A DNA stretch of 64,000 nucleotides from Desulfuromonadales bacterium (GCA_033549025.1 JAWSUS010000004.1:1-64000), one strand, 5' to 3'. Shown: positions 1 to 9,691, numbered from the stretch's first letter. Translations and numbers: made by a program. The notes: a model not told the origin generated them from the sequence alone.

Positions 1-71
1 ACGATCTAACGCCATACGAAAAGTTGCTGGATCATTTCTATGGCTTAAAAGTGTAAACAACGCGTTCAGAT

Positions 72-1085
72 CTAACAGATCAGCTCTTCGATTTCGTCTT
101 CGGAATCGTAGAAGAGGCGGTTGATGTGCTCCTCAATTTTGCGCGCGCTGGCCACAACCAGTTCGATGCGGCGATTGGTGGCAAAGCTGAGGTTGTCGCC
201 GATGGTCGGGTCGGTCGGAGTGGAGGTAGCCACGACGAGGCGGTTGCTGGTGACCTCGATGGGCAGGACCTGCATCCGTTCGATGAGGGAGCGGGAGATC
301 ATGTGGACGGCCTCCGGGTCGATGCTGGTCTCGTCGAGATCGATAACCCGCAGGCCGAACTTCTGCGCCAGGGCATCTAGCAGCTGATCTTCGGTGATCC
401 AGCCCTTTTCCACCAGGATGATGCCGAGCTTTTTGTGGCGGTTGCTCTCCTGCTTGGCGCGGGCCTCTTCCACCTGCCGTCGGGTGACCAGCCCCGCCTC
501 GATGAGGATGTCCCCCACGCGGTACTGCGCGGCGCGCTGACCGGATTTTTTAGCGGCGGCGGCGATGACCGCTTCCCCCTTTGCCTGGTTGAGGTGCCCC
601 GCCTCGATGAGGATGTCCCCCAGTTTCTGCTTTCGCAGTTTTTCCTGAAGCTCCAGGGCGAGCTTCAGCTTGTCCCCCTGGATGGCGCCCTGTTTGGCCA
701 ACACCTTGCCGAGCGGCAGGTTGAGTTTCTTGATGTCCAGGCCAATGCGCGTGAAGAAGATCCGCGTGAAGCCCTTCTCATCCGGCTTTTCAGGGTAGCC
801 GAAAACGCCCCGAAAAAAGCGCTCCCCCCGATTGAGAAGAAGCCGGAATCGGTCCCCCGTAGCCGTATAGATATCTTCGGCCACCGCATCTTTGGCAAAG
901 GACGGCGGACAAAAGCCCGTCTCATACAGGCGGATAAAGCAGATCGCCTCAAAAGGGTAGGTCACCGGCTCGGCATCGGTGCTACGCATTATTTCGATTC
1001 CCGCCTCTTCAGGGTTGAGTGGCTGGGTGAGGAATCCCTCGCATTGATTGCCGTTGAGAAATTTTATAGTCGCCTTGCAGGACAC
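72..1085 (-). CDS. PilB/GspE-type N-terminal-domain protein with four MshEN-like c-di-GMP-binding motifs; no ATPase domain (possibly truncated)
   Basis: Repeated (R/K)LGxxLxxxG motifs (PLGKVLAKQGAI, KLGDILIEAGHL, RVGDILIEAGLV, KLGIILVEKGWI), then a T2SSE_N-like segment (LPIEVTSNRLVVATSTPTD). The ORF stops at EIEELIC with no Walker A. Confidence 0.8.
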   Translation of the reverse strand: MSCKATIKFLNGNQCEGFLTQPLNPEEAGIEIMRSTDAEPVTYPFEAICFIRLYETGFCPPSFAKDAVAEDIYTATGDRFRLLLNRGERFFRGVFGYPEKPDEKGFTRIFFTRIGLDIKKLNLPLGKVLAKQGAIQGDKLKLALELQEKLRKQKLGDILIEAGHLNQAKGEAVIAAAAKKSGQRAAQYRVGDILIEAGLVTRRQVEEARAKQESNRHKKLGIILVEKGWITEDQLLDALAQKFGLRVIDLDETSIDPEAVHMISRSLIERMQVLPIEVTSNRLVVATSTPTDPTIGDNLSFATNRRIELVVASARKIEEHINRLFYDSEDEIEELIC

Positions 1086-1188
1086 GAGACCTCCGTGGAT
1101 GTGAGTCTTTGGATTAAGATGATAAATTTACCAAAAAAATCAAAAGAATTCACGAAAAGAGCCGATTGTGCGAAATTTATCTGTCGCG

Positions 1189-3939
1189 CTATGGCGCGGC
1201 TGAAAGATCTTTTGATCCAGCGGAACCGTGCCTGACCAGTTTATACAGCTCCATGACCGCGATCAGCAGCAAGGACATGAGGATCAGCCGCCCCCAATGG
1301 GACAGGCTGACCGGTTGAACCCCCAGAACGTTCTGCATCAGCGGGATGTTCATGCTCAGAATGTGCAGACCCTGAGCGACGCCCACACCGCCGACCAGAA
1401 GCCAGTTGCGGCTCAAGGGGACGCGGAAAACCGACTGCCTTTCCGAGCGGCAGTTGAAGGCATGGGCATTTTCCAGCAGGACCATGAGCAGCAAGGTGCT
1501 GTTGCGGGCCGCCGGCTCATCCCAACCCAAGGCGAGCAGACTGTACCAGTTGGCAAAGGCAAGCAGACCCATGGTGATGCCGGCGATGACGACCTGCTCG
1601 ATCATCAGCCGGTTGAAAACGCCTTCGGTGGGCGGCCTGGGCTCTCGTGCCATGGCGCCGGGTTCGCCCCCCTCGAAGGCCAGGGCCACGTCCTGAATGC
1701 CGTTGGTGACCAGATTGAGCCACAGCAGCTGCACGGCCAGCAGCGGGAGGGGAACGCCCAGCAGCAGGGCCAGGGTGAAGAGGACAATTTCGGCGCCGCC
1801 GGTGGAAATGAGCAGAGCGACGACCTTGCGGATGTTGTCGTAGGCAAACCGGCCTTCTTCCACTCCTCCTTCGATGGAGGCGAAGTTGTCGTCGGTGACG
1901 ATGATGGCGGCCGTGTCCTTGGCGACGTCGGTCCCTGAACCCATGGCGACGCCGATGTGGGCGCGGCGCAGGGCGGGTGCGTCGTTGACGCCATCGCCGG
2001 TGACGGCGACGAAATGGCCGAGGGTGCCGAGGGCGGCGACGATATCGAGCTTTTGCAAGGGGGCGACCCGACTGAAGACGGAGGCGCGCTGCACGGCCTC
2101 CAGGTAGCGCGGGTCTTCAGGCGATCCAAGGTCCTCCAGGTCGGCGCCGACGATCTGGTCCTCGGCGCTGCGGGCGATGTGCAGTTCCCGGGCGATGCTC
2201 AGGGCGGTGGCCGGATGGTCGCCGGTGATCATGACGACGCGGATTCCCGCCTGGCGGCAGCGTTCCACCGACTCCGCCACCTCCGGACGCAGCGGGTCAA
2301 TGAGCCCCACCAGTCCCAGAAAGGTGAGGGGAGGCAGGTTCTCCGCCGTGAGTTCCCCCTCGGGCAGTCGGGAGCTGTGCGCCACGGCGATGACCCGGTA
2401 GCCCCCTTCGGCCAGGGCCAGGGCCTGCTCTCGGATATCCTGTGCTTCCACCTCACAGTCTCTCTCCCCTTGAAAATCGGCGCAAAAAGGCAGGACGGCC
2501 TCGACGGCGCCCTTGACGGCCACGCCCGTTTCCTGGCCGTGCCGGTAGGCGACAGCGGCGTAGCGCTGGGCCGACTCAAAGGGAATTTCACTGGGCTTGT
2601 CCACTTCGCTGGCCAACCGACGGGGATCCAGCCCGGCTTTGTAGGCCAGGGCGAGCAGGGCGACATCCACGGCATCCCCCTGATGTTCCCAATCGCCGTC
2701 TACCTCTTCCAGGCTTCCTTCGTTGCAGATGGCCGCCGTCTTGGCGAGACGGGTGAGAAAAGCCTGATCCTGACCGCTTGGGGGCTGGCCGTTGGCGTCG
2801 AGCAGGATCCCGGTGCCCTGGTAGCCTTCGCCGGTGACATCGAACAGTTTGCCGCAGGGCAGGCCGAGAATTTTAGCCGTCTGTTTGTTGACGGTCAGGG
2901 TGCCGGTCTTGTCGCTGGCGATGCAGGTGCAGCTTCCCAACGCTTCCACCGCCGTCAGTTTACGGACAATGACGTTGCGCCGGGCCATGCGGCTGGCGGC
3001 GATGGAGAGGGCCACAGTCATGGCGACGGGCAGGCCCTCGGGGATGGCGGATACGGCCAGAGCGACGGCCATGAAGAACACTTCCATGACGGCCGCCCCA
3101 CGCGCCAGGGAGATGAGCGCCAGCAGAGCCACGAAACCGAGGACCAGATAACTGATCTGCCTGGCAAAGCGCTCCATGCGGATTACCAGGGGAGGCTTGG
3201 TCAATTCCGAAGCGGATACGGCCAAGGCGATTTTGCCCAATTCGGTGTAGAGCCCCGTGGCGACGACGACGGCAGTGGCTCGGCCGCTGGCGACCGTTGA
3301 GCCGGCAAATACCAGGTTGGAACGCTCGCTCAGCGGTAAATCTCCCTGAAGGACGGCCGTATCCTTGCCGACCAGCTGCGACTCGCCGGTCAGCAGCGAT
3401 TCATCGACGGCAAGATTACGGGTTCGCAGCAGGCGCATATCCGCGGGAATCCGGTTGCCCGATTCGAGCAGGACGATATCCCCCGGCACCAGAAACTCGG
3501 CCGCGAGCTGGAATTCCCGCCCCTGCCGGCGGACATGGGCTTTGATCCCCAGCAGGCGCTGGAGGGCGGCGGCGCTCTTTTCGGCCTTCCATTCCTGAAA
3601 GGTGCCGAGCCCGGCGTTGAGCAGAATGACGGCGAAGATAAAGAGGGCGTCGGTGTGCTCGTCGATGAGCAGAGAGACGGTGCCGGCTGCCAGCAGAATA
3701 TAGATGAGAGGGCTGAGAAACTGGTGCAGGAAGATGACGATCAGACCGGGAGGCTTCCGTTCGGGGAGACGGTTGGGGCCAAACTCCCGCAGCCGCCGAT
3801 CGGCCTCGTCCGGCTGGAGGCCTGCCTGGGTCGAGCCGATTCTATCCAGCGTCTCTTCGGCGGAAAGCTGATACCAGAAAGACAGGTCCTGGGTGGACTG
3901 GTCAGGGAAATTTTCTTGTTCAGGAGTGCCTGTCGCCAT
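1189..3939 (-). CDS. Cation-transporting P-type ATPase (type IIA, Ca2+-ATPase-like)
   Basis: TGES, IPEGLP, DKTGTLT, KGA, MITGD, TGDGVND and LWLNLVTN motifs. ATG at 3939 with GGAG RBS. Confidence 0.93.
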   Translation of the reverse strand: MATGTPEQENFPDQSTQDLSFWYQLSAEETLDRIGSTQAGLQPDEADRRLREFGPNRLPERKPPGLIVIFLHQFLSPLIYILLAAGTVSLLIDEHTDALFIFAVILLNAGLGTFQEWKAEKSAAALQRLLGIKAHVRRQGREFQLAAEFLVPGDIVLLESGNRIPADMRLLRTRNLAVDESLLTGESQLVGKDTAVLQGDLPLSERSNLVFAGSTVASGRATAVVVATGLYTELGKIALAVSASELTKPPLVIRMERFARQISYLVLGFVALLALISLARGAAVMEVFFMAVALAVSAIPEGLPVAMTVALSIAASRMARRNVIVRKLTAVEALGSCTCIASDKTGTLTVNKQTAKILGLPCGKLFDVTGEGYQGTGILLDANGQPPSGQDQAFLTRLAKTAAICNEGSLEEVDGDWEHQGDAVDVALLALAYKAGLDPRRLASEVDKPSEIPFESAQRYAAVAYRHGQETGVAVKGAVEAVLPFCADFQGERDCEVEAQDIREQALALAEGGYRVIAVAHSSRLPEGELTAENLPPLTFLGLVGLIDPLRPEVAESVERCRQAGIRVVMITGDHPATALSIARELHIARSAEDQIVGADLEDLGSPEDPRYLEAVQRASVFSRVAPLQKLDIVAALGTLGHFVAVTGDGVNDAPALRRAHIGVAMGSGTDVAKDTAAIIVTDDNFASIEGGVEEGRFAYDNIRKVVALLISTGGAEIVLFTLALLLGVPLPLLAVQLLWLNLVTNGIQDVALAFEGGEPGAMAREPRPPTEGVFNRLMIEQVVIAGITMGLLAFANWYSLLALGWDEPAARNSTLLLMVLLENAHAFNCRSERQSVFRVPLSRNWLLVGGVGVAQGLHILSMNIPLMQNVLGVQPVSLSHWGRLILMSLLLIAVMELYKLVRHGSAGSKDLSAAP

Positions 3940-4128
3940 CAAAAACTCCAGTCAGGAACGTATCGTCTGTAAATATAGCAAAAGATCCCAAGGCTGCTTT
4001 CCAGGCCCGCCTGTCTTTCCTCGATTTCGGCCGGGGTAAGGTGCAAAATCACCGGCACCTGCTATATTTTGGCAGAGAACCGGGGAAAACCGATTTTTGT
4101 AATCCTTATTTGCAAAGGAGAGAAACCC

Positions 4129-5169
4129 ATGTTCCGATTGATCGCCTTATTTGCCGCTGCCGCCCTGATGTCCTTTGCTCCAGCCTATGCTGCTTCAGAT
4201 GATCTTCTGCGTCTTGGCCAGACGATTTTCAAGCCACTGCCCGCCGAGCCGCCGGTTATTGAAGGCAATCCGGCGACTCCGGACAAACTGGAACTGGGCA
4301 AGATGCTCTTTTTCGACCCGCGGCTGTCCTCCTCCCAGCTGATCAGCTGCAACACCTGTCACAATGTCGGTCTGGCCGGCGGTGATCTGCAGGAGACCTC
4401 CGTCGGGCACAACTGGCAGAAAGGGCCCCGCAACGCCCCCACCGTCATGAACGCCGTTTTCAACTCGGCTCAGTTCTGGGACGGCCGGGCCAAGGATCTG
4501 GCCGAACAGGCCAAAGGGCCGGTGCAGGCCTCCGTGGAGATGAACAACACCCCTGAACGCGTGCTGGAAACGCTGGGCAGCATGCCCGAGTACGTCGAGC
4601 TCTTCGCCATGGCTTTTCCGGGCGAAGACAAACCCTTGACCTTCGATAATGTCGCCAAAGCCATTGAGGTTTTTGAAGCCGTGCTGCTGACCCCGGCCCC
4701 CTTCGACAGCTATCTGCGCGGGGAGGCTGGCGCCTTGACGGACAAGGAGAAAGCGGGCCTGGAGCTGTTCATCAACAAGGGCTGCGCCGGCTGCCATGAC
4801 GGCGTCAACGTGGGTGGCAGCGGCTACTTCCCCTTTGGAGTGGTGGAGAAGCCAGGGAGCGAGGTCATGTCCGCCGATGACAAAGGCCGCTTCCAGGTCA
4901 CCAACACGGCCAGCGATGAGTACGTCTTCCGGGCGCCTTCCCTGCGCAATGTGGCCCTGACGGCGCCGTATTTCCATTCGGGCAAGGTCTGGAGCCTGCA
5001 GGAAGCCACCAGCATCATGGGGTCTTCCCAGCTGGGAATTTCTCTGACTCCCCAGGATGAAAAGCTGCTGGTGACCTTCATGAAAACCCTCAATGGCGTC
5101 CAACCGCAGATCGTCTATCCGCTGTTGCCGGTGAGCACGGCCAAGACGCCGCGTCCGGTCCTGCACTAA
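4129..5169 (+). CDS. ccpA: Diheme cytochrome c peroxidase (CcpA/MacA family)
   Basis: Signal peptide; CNTCH and CAGCH heme motifs; LGKMLFFDPRLS, RNAPTV, QFWDGRA, FRAPSLRNVALTAPYFH. AAGGAG RBS before ATG 4129. Confidence 0.92.
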   Translation: MFRLIALFAAAALMSFAPAYAASDDLLRLGQTIFKPLPAEPPVIEGNPATPDKLELGKMLFFDPRLSSSQLISCNTCHNVGLAGGDLQETSVGHNWQKGPRNAPTVMNAVFNSAQFWDGRAKDLAEQAKGPVQASVEMNNTPERVLETLGSMPEYVELFAMAFPGEDKPLTFDNVAKAIEVFEAVLLTPAPFDSYLRGEAGALTDKEKAGLELFINKGCAGCHDGVNVGGSGYFPFGVVEKPGSEVMSADDKGRFQVTNTASDEYVFRAPSLRNVALTAPYFHSGKVWSLQEATSIMGSSQLGISLTPQDEKLLVTFMKTLNGVQPQIVYPLLPVSTAKTPRPVLH

Positions 5170-5195
5170 GTCACCTCGAGCCATTCCCGGCCATA

Positions 5196-5238
5196 AACCA
5201 AAAGCCCGCCCCTTCATCGAAAGGGCGGGCTTTTGGTT
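5196..5238. terminator. Bidirectional intrinsic terminator between ccp and the c7 lipoprotein gene
   Basis: AACCAAAAGCCCGCCC...GGGCGGGCTTTTGGTT inverted repeat between convergent genes. Confidence 0.85.
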
Positions 5239-5256
5239 GCCTGTGAACAAAGCAAA

Positions 5257-5877
5257 TTATTTGACGTGGCAGGCGGTGCAGGAGGTAGGGGCGTTGCCGC
5301 CGCTGGCTTTGTGGCAGCCGGTGCACAGCGTGTGGGCGATGTCCTTGTCGATCTCTACCATCCGGGGCGGATCGGTGGGATGACACTTGTCGCAGCTCAG
5401 GCGACTGCCATGGTCCGCGTGGTTGAAGGTGACCTTGCCCATGCTGGCTTCGTAAACGACCACGCCGGGTGGTTCGGGTGTGGCGGCTTTCTCCACGGCG
5501 GCGGCCGTTTCCGCGACCTTGGCCTGGGCGGCGCTGACCGCCACGTCAGCCGTCTCTTTCGTCTCCTCTACCACGTCTGCGGTCTGCTCTTTGACAGCAT
5601 CTACCGCCTGGGCGGTCGTGGCTTTGGTCTCTTCCACCATCTCTGAGGTGGCTTCCTTGGCGGCCTCAACCTGTTGCTCGGCCTCCGTCTTGGCTGCGTC
5701 GACCGCCACGGCCGCTGCTTCCTTTACTTCAGACGCCGCTTCCTTGGCTTCCTCGCTGACCGTACCGGTTTCGGCGGCGGGCTTGGCTGTTTCTTCCGGA
5801 GGTGTCGATTCCTTGGAGCAAGCGCTCAGCAGAGCTGCCATTAAAAATACCATACACCAGGTGGCTACAGTTTTCAT
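5257..5877 (-). CDS. Lipoprotein with Ala/Glu-rich linker and C-terminal triheme cytochrome c7 (PpcA-like) domain
   Basis: Lipobox LLSA-C; about 110 aa low-complexity A/E/K/T/V linker; VTFNHADH, CDKCH, IAH, CTGCH and PTSCTACH match the c7 pattern. Confidence 0.88.
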   Translation of the reverse strand: MKTVATWCMVFLMAALLSACSKESTPPEETAKPAAETGTVSEEAKEAASEVKEAAAVAVDAAKTEAEQQVEAAKEATSEMVEETKATTAQAVDAVKEQTADVVEETKETADVAVSAAQAKVAETAAAVEKAATPEPPGVVVYEASMGKVTFNHADHGSRLSCDKCHPTDPPRMVEIDKDIAHTLCTGCHKASGGNAPTSCTACHVK

Positions 5878-6072
5878 TTCTCTCTCCTTTTCTAAAGTTA
5901 AAATGGGGCAAGCCTTTAAACCATATCACGGTGATTGCGGTAATCAACCGGGGGAAAAACGTATTATCTCAACTCAGCCGGCTTGCAATTGCGCAATATA
6001 GCGACATACTTATTCTATCGCCTTTTGCGGCGCTTGTTTTTTTCATTGCAACCCACCAGAGAGGAGATTGTT

Positions 6073-6408
6073 ATGGCCGGGAAGTTCGAACTGAAGAAAG
6101 CGAAGGACGGGCAGTTCATGTTCAACCTGAAGGCGAGTAATGGGCAGGTGATTTTAACGAGTGAACTGTACAAGACCAAAGCCAGCGCCGAGAACGGCAT
6201 TGAGTCGGTGCGCAAAAACGCCGTGCGTGAGGGGGCTTTTGAGGTGCGGGAGAACGCCAAGGGCGAGCCCTATTTCATCCTCAAGGCGACCAACGGCCAG
6301 GAGGTTGGGCGCAGCGAATACTATTCCTCCAAGGCGGCCATGGAGAACGGCATTGCCTCAGTAACTAAAAATGCTCCCGATGCCAAGGTGGACGACATTA
6401 CCGCATAA
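6073..6408 (+). CDS. yegP: YegP/DUF1508 family protein (tandem repeat)
   Basis: Two repeats, FxLKA(S/T)NGQ and AENGIESV / MENGIASV. GAGGAG RBS. Confidence 0.88.
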   Translation: MAGKFELKKAKDGQFMFNLKASNGQVILTSELYKTKASAENGIESVRKNAVREGAFEVRENAKGEPYFILKATNGQEVGRSEYYSSKAAMENGIASVTKNAPDAKVDDITA

Positions 6409-6438
6409 TTTTAGTAGTACCTTCATGGCACCAGTCTG

Positions 6439-6477
6439 AACGAAGAAGGGCGGCTTGATCAGCCGCCCTTCTTCGTT
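6439..6477. terminator. Bidirectional intrinsic terminator (yegP / dapL)
   Basis: AACGAAGAAGGGCGGCT-TGATC-AGCCGCCCTTCTTCGTT perfect stem. Confidence 0.88.
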
Positions 6478-7713
6478 TTATTTACCCCACTTCTTTTTGA
6501 TCCGGTCCACTGCCTCAATGATCTTTTCCTTGTCGCCAAAGGCGCTGAGGCGGAAGTAGCCCTCACCGCTCGGGCCGAAGCCGGAGCCGGGGGTGCCGAC
6601 CACGTGACATTCCTGCAGGAGTTTGTCGAAAAAGTCCCAGGAGGACAGGCCGGCTGGCGTCTTCAGCCAGATGTAGGGGGAGTCGACCCCGCCGTAGCAG
6701 GTGATGCCGGCGGCCTGAAGACCTTCACGGATGATACGGGCGTTATCCATGTAGTAGTCGATGATCTCCTTGGTCTGCTGCCAGCCCTCATCCGAGTAGA
6801 CGGCGGCGGCGGCGCGCTGCACCGGGTAGGAGGCGCCGTTGAACTTGGTGCTGGTTCGGCGGTTCCACAGCTTGTTGAAGGAATATTTCTCCCCCTTCTC
6901 GGTGGTGCCCATGACCTCTTCGGGAACGATGACCAGGCCGCAGCGCACGCCGGTGAAGCCGGCGGTCTTGGAGAAGGAGCGGAATTCGATGGCGCACTTT
7001 TTGGCCCCCTCGATTTCATAGATGGAGTGAGGGATGCCGGGCGTGGTGATGAAGGCCTCATAGGCGGCGTCGTAGAAGATGACGGCATCGTTGGCGTTGG
7101 CGTAGTCGACCCATTTCTGCAGCTCTTCCTTGCTGGCCACGGTGCCCGTGGGGTTGTTGGGGAAGCACAGGTAGATGATGTCGACCTTCTCTTTGGGCAG
7201 GTCGGGGATGAAGTTGTTGGCCTCGGTAAAGGGCATGTAGACGATGCCCTTGTAGTAGCCCTTTTCATCCGCTTCGCCGGTGCGGCCGACCATGACGTTG
7301 GTGTCGTTGTAGACCGGATAGACGGGATCGCCGATAGCCACCTTGTTGTCGAGGGCGAAGATGTCGAGGATGTTGGCACAGTCGCACTTGGAGCCGTCGG
7401 AGATGAACATCTCGGAGGCCTTCAGCTCGACGCCGAGGGGCTTGTAGCTCTTGTCGATGATGGTGTTGATGAGCCAGTCGTAGCCCTGTTCGGGACCGTA
7501 ACCATGGAAATTTTCCGTGGTGCCGAGATCATCGATGGCCTCGTGAAAGGCCTTGAGCACGGCGGGAGCCAGGGGGCGGGTGACGTCGCCGATGCCGAGG
7601 CGGATGACCTGGGCCTCGGGATTGGCGGCGGTGAATTCACGCACGCGGCGGCCGATCTCGGGAAAGAGATAGCCGGCTTTGAGTTTCAGATAATGATCGT
7701 TGATATGAGCCAT
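6478..7713 (-). CDS. dapL: LL-diaminopimelate aminotransferase
   Basis: [36 protein letters not shown] and [14 protein letters not shown]. Start MAHIN at 7713 with GGAGG RBS. Confidence 0.95.
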   Translation of the reverse strand: MAHINDHYLKLKAGYLFPEIGRRVREFTAANPEAQVIRLGIGDVTRPLAPAVLKAFHEAIDDLGTTENFHGYGPEQGYDWLINTIIDKSYKPLGVELKASEMFISDGSKCDCANILDIFALDNKVAIGDPVYPVYNDTNVMVGRTGEADEKGYYKGIVYMPFTEANNFIPDLPKEKVDIIYLCFPNNPTGTVASKEELQKWVDYANANDAVIFYDAAYEAFITTPGIPHSIYEIEGAKKCAIEFRSFSKTAGFTGVRCGLVIVPEEVMGTTEKGEKYSFNKLWNRRTSTKFNGASYPVQRAAAAVYSDEGWQQTKEIIDYYMDNARIIREGLQAAGITCYGGVDSPYIWLKTPAGLSSWDFFDKLLQECHVVGTPGSGFGPSGEGYFRLSAFGDKEKIIEAVDRIKKKWGK

Positions 7714-7731
7714 TGTATTCCTCCAAAAATG

Positions 7732-7805
7732 GTAGGGGCGCGATTTATCGCGCCCTGAATTCTGTGTAAAAGAGCGAGCCCGGGCGCTACGATCTGCGCC
7801 CTTGC
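7732..7805. repeat. GTAG-family REP element plus degenerate inverted partner (REPIN-like pair)
   Basis: GTAG-GGGCGCGAT-TT-ATCGCGCCC at 7732-7755, and a decayed inverted copy GGGCGCTACGATCTGCGCCCTTGC at 7782-7805, in the dapB-dapL gap. Confidence 0.7.
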
Positions 7806-7814
7806 CCGAAACGC

Positions 7815-8618
7815 TTATTTCAGTTCCAGCACGTCCTGCATATCGTACAGCCCGGCCGGCTTGTCGCCGAGCCAGCCGGCGGCGCGCACGGCTCCGCGGG
7901 CGAACATGTCCCGGCTCATGGCCCGGTGGGTGATCTCGATGCGCTCTCCCATGCCGATGAAATAGACGGTGTGCTCGCCGACAATGTCGCCGCCGCGAAC
8001 CGTCTGCATGCCGATCTCTTCCTTGGTGCGCTCGCCGCACATCCCCTCGCGGTGGTAGTTGGCGACCTGGTTGTAGTCGCGCCCCAAAGCCTCGGCCACC
8101 ACTTCGCCCATGCGCACGGCGGTGCCGGAAGGGGAGTCTTTTTTCTTGTTGTGATGCAGCTCGACAATCTCGACATCGAAGCCGTCGCCGAGAATTTTGG
8201 CCGTCTCCTTGAGCAGTTTGAAGCAGGCGTTGACCCCCACGCTCATGTTCGGGGCCAGCACCACCGGGATGGTCGCCGCCAGCTTCTGTACTTCAGCGCG
8301 CTGCTCGGGGGTGAAGCCGGTGGAGCCGATGACGATGCTTTTGCCCAGGCGGGCGCAGACGGCGATATTCTCCAGGGTGACTTCGGGAAAGGTGAAGTCG
8401 ATGAGCACATCGGCATCGGCCAGGGCAGCCTCCAGACTGTCGGCGATGGCCACGCCCAGTTCGCCGCAGCCGCTGACCAGACCGGCATCGTGGCCGACCA
8501 TGGGGTGTCCGGTACGTTCGGCGGCGCCGGCCAGTTCCATGCCGGGTGCCTCCTTGATGGCGGTAATGATGCGGCCCCCCATGCGTCCGGCCGCTCCGGT
8601 AACAGCAACTTTAGTCAT
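7815..8618 (-). CDS. dapB: 4-hydroxy-tetrahydrodipicolinate reductase
   Basis: [27 protein letters not shown] and [15 protein letters not shown]. Confidence 0.96.
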   Translation of the reverse strand: MTKVAVTGAAGRMGGRIITAIKEAPGMELAGAAERTGHPMVGHDAGLVSGCGELGVAIADSLEAALADADVLIDFTFPEVTLENIAVCARLGKSIVIGSTGFTPEQRAEVQKLAATIPVVLAPNMSVGVNACFKLLKETAKILGDGFDVEIVELHHNKKKDSPSGTAVRMGEVVAEALGRDYNQVANYHREGMCGERTKEEIGMQTVRGGDIVGEHTVYFIGMGERIEITHRAMSRDMFARGAVRAAGWLGDKPAGLYDMQDVLELK

Positions 8619-8659
8619 TTCATCCTCGTGCGGGGCTCGGCGGGGCCCGGTTGAAAGGT

Positions 8660-9535
8660 TCAAATCAGCCCGTAGCCCTTCATCACCGACTTCAGCGTGT
8701 CGAGCTTGGCCCCCTGCATGGGCACCAGGGGCAGGCGGACTTCGGCCCCGCATTTGCCCATGAGGTTGGCGGCGGTTTTGACCGGCACCGGATTGGAATC
8801 GATGAACATGGCGTTATGGATATCGAGCATCTTCAGGTGCATCTTGCGGGCTTCGTCCCATTGGCCCTGTTGCACGGCGGTGACCATAGCCTTGACTTCC
8901 TTGGGCATGATGTTGGCGGTGACGGAGATGACGCCCTTGGCGCCGCAGGCCATCAGCGGCAGGGTGAGAAAGTCATCGCCGGAGAGGACGTCGATCTTGT
9001 CGCCGGCCTTGTCGAGGATCTCGCTGGCCTGGGTCACATTGCCGGAAGCTTCCTTGATGGCGACGATGTTGGCGAACTCGGCCAGGCGGATGGTGGTCTT
9101 CGCCTCCATGTTCATGCCGGTGCGGCCGGGCACGTTGTAGAGCACCTGGGGCAGGCTGACGGCCTCGGCGATGGCCTTGTAGTGCTGAAAGAGACCTTCC
9201 TGCGAAGGTTTGTTGTAGTAGGGGGAGACGAGGAGTACGCCGTCGGCGCCCATCTCCTTGGCGTGCTGGGAGAGTTCGATGGCCTCGGCGGTGGAATTGG
9301 AACCGGTGCCGGCGATGACGGGGACGCGCTTGGCGACCTGCTCGATGCAGATCTGGATGACGCGGTCATGTTCCTTGTAGTCGAGGGTGGCCGATTCGCC
9401 GGTAGTGCCGCAGGGCACGATGACGTCGGTGCCGTTCTCGATCTGGAATTCGATAAGCTGGCGGTATTTTTCTTCGTCGACCTGCCCGTTCGCATCGAAA
9501 GGGGTGATAATGGCGACCATGGAGCCTTTGAACAT
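8660..9535 (-). CDS. dapA: 4-hydroxy-tetrahydrodipicolinate synthase
   Basis: AIITPF, CGTTGESATL, PYYNKP, LYNVPGRT, AIKEASG and NPVPVK. Confidence 0.96.
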   Translation of the reverse strand: MFKGSMVAIITPFDANGQVDEEKYRQLIEFQIENGTDVIVPCGTTGESATLDYKEHDRVIQICIEQVAKRVPVIAGTGSNSTAEAIELSQHAKEMGADGVLLVSPYYNKPSQEGLFQHYKAIAEAVSLPQVLYNVPGRTGMNMEAKTTIRLAEFANIVAIKEASGNVTQASEILDKAGDKIDVLSGDDFLTLPLMACGAKGVISVTANIMPKEVKAMVTAVQQGQWDEARKMHLKMLDIHNAMFIDSNPVPVKTAANLMGKCGAEVRLPLVPMQGAKLDTLKSVMKGYGLI

Positions 9536-9622
9536 AGATTTCTCCTTCATGTAAGCGGATTCAAAAGGATGATGGGGGCGGGTTCACAGCCTGTCTTTAT
9601 GGCGGAACACGACGCCCAAGGC

Positions 9623-9651
9623 TTTATAATGCTGTTCTGAAAAGCAGTCAA
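9623..9651 (-). promoter_or_regulatory. Sigma70 promoter for dapA-dapB-dapL
   Basis: Minus strand TTGACT-17 nt-TATAAA upstream of dapA. Confidence 0.65.
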
Positions 9652-9691
9652 TATCCTTAACATACCTGCCTGTCAAAGTCAAAGAGCCCTT

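Noticed and set aside
5480..5800. Repetitive GC-rich DNA resembling a tandem repeat or CRISPR array
   Set aside because: Explained by the low-complexity Ala/Glu linker of the c7 lipoprotein; no identical repeats with unique spacers.
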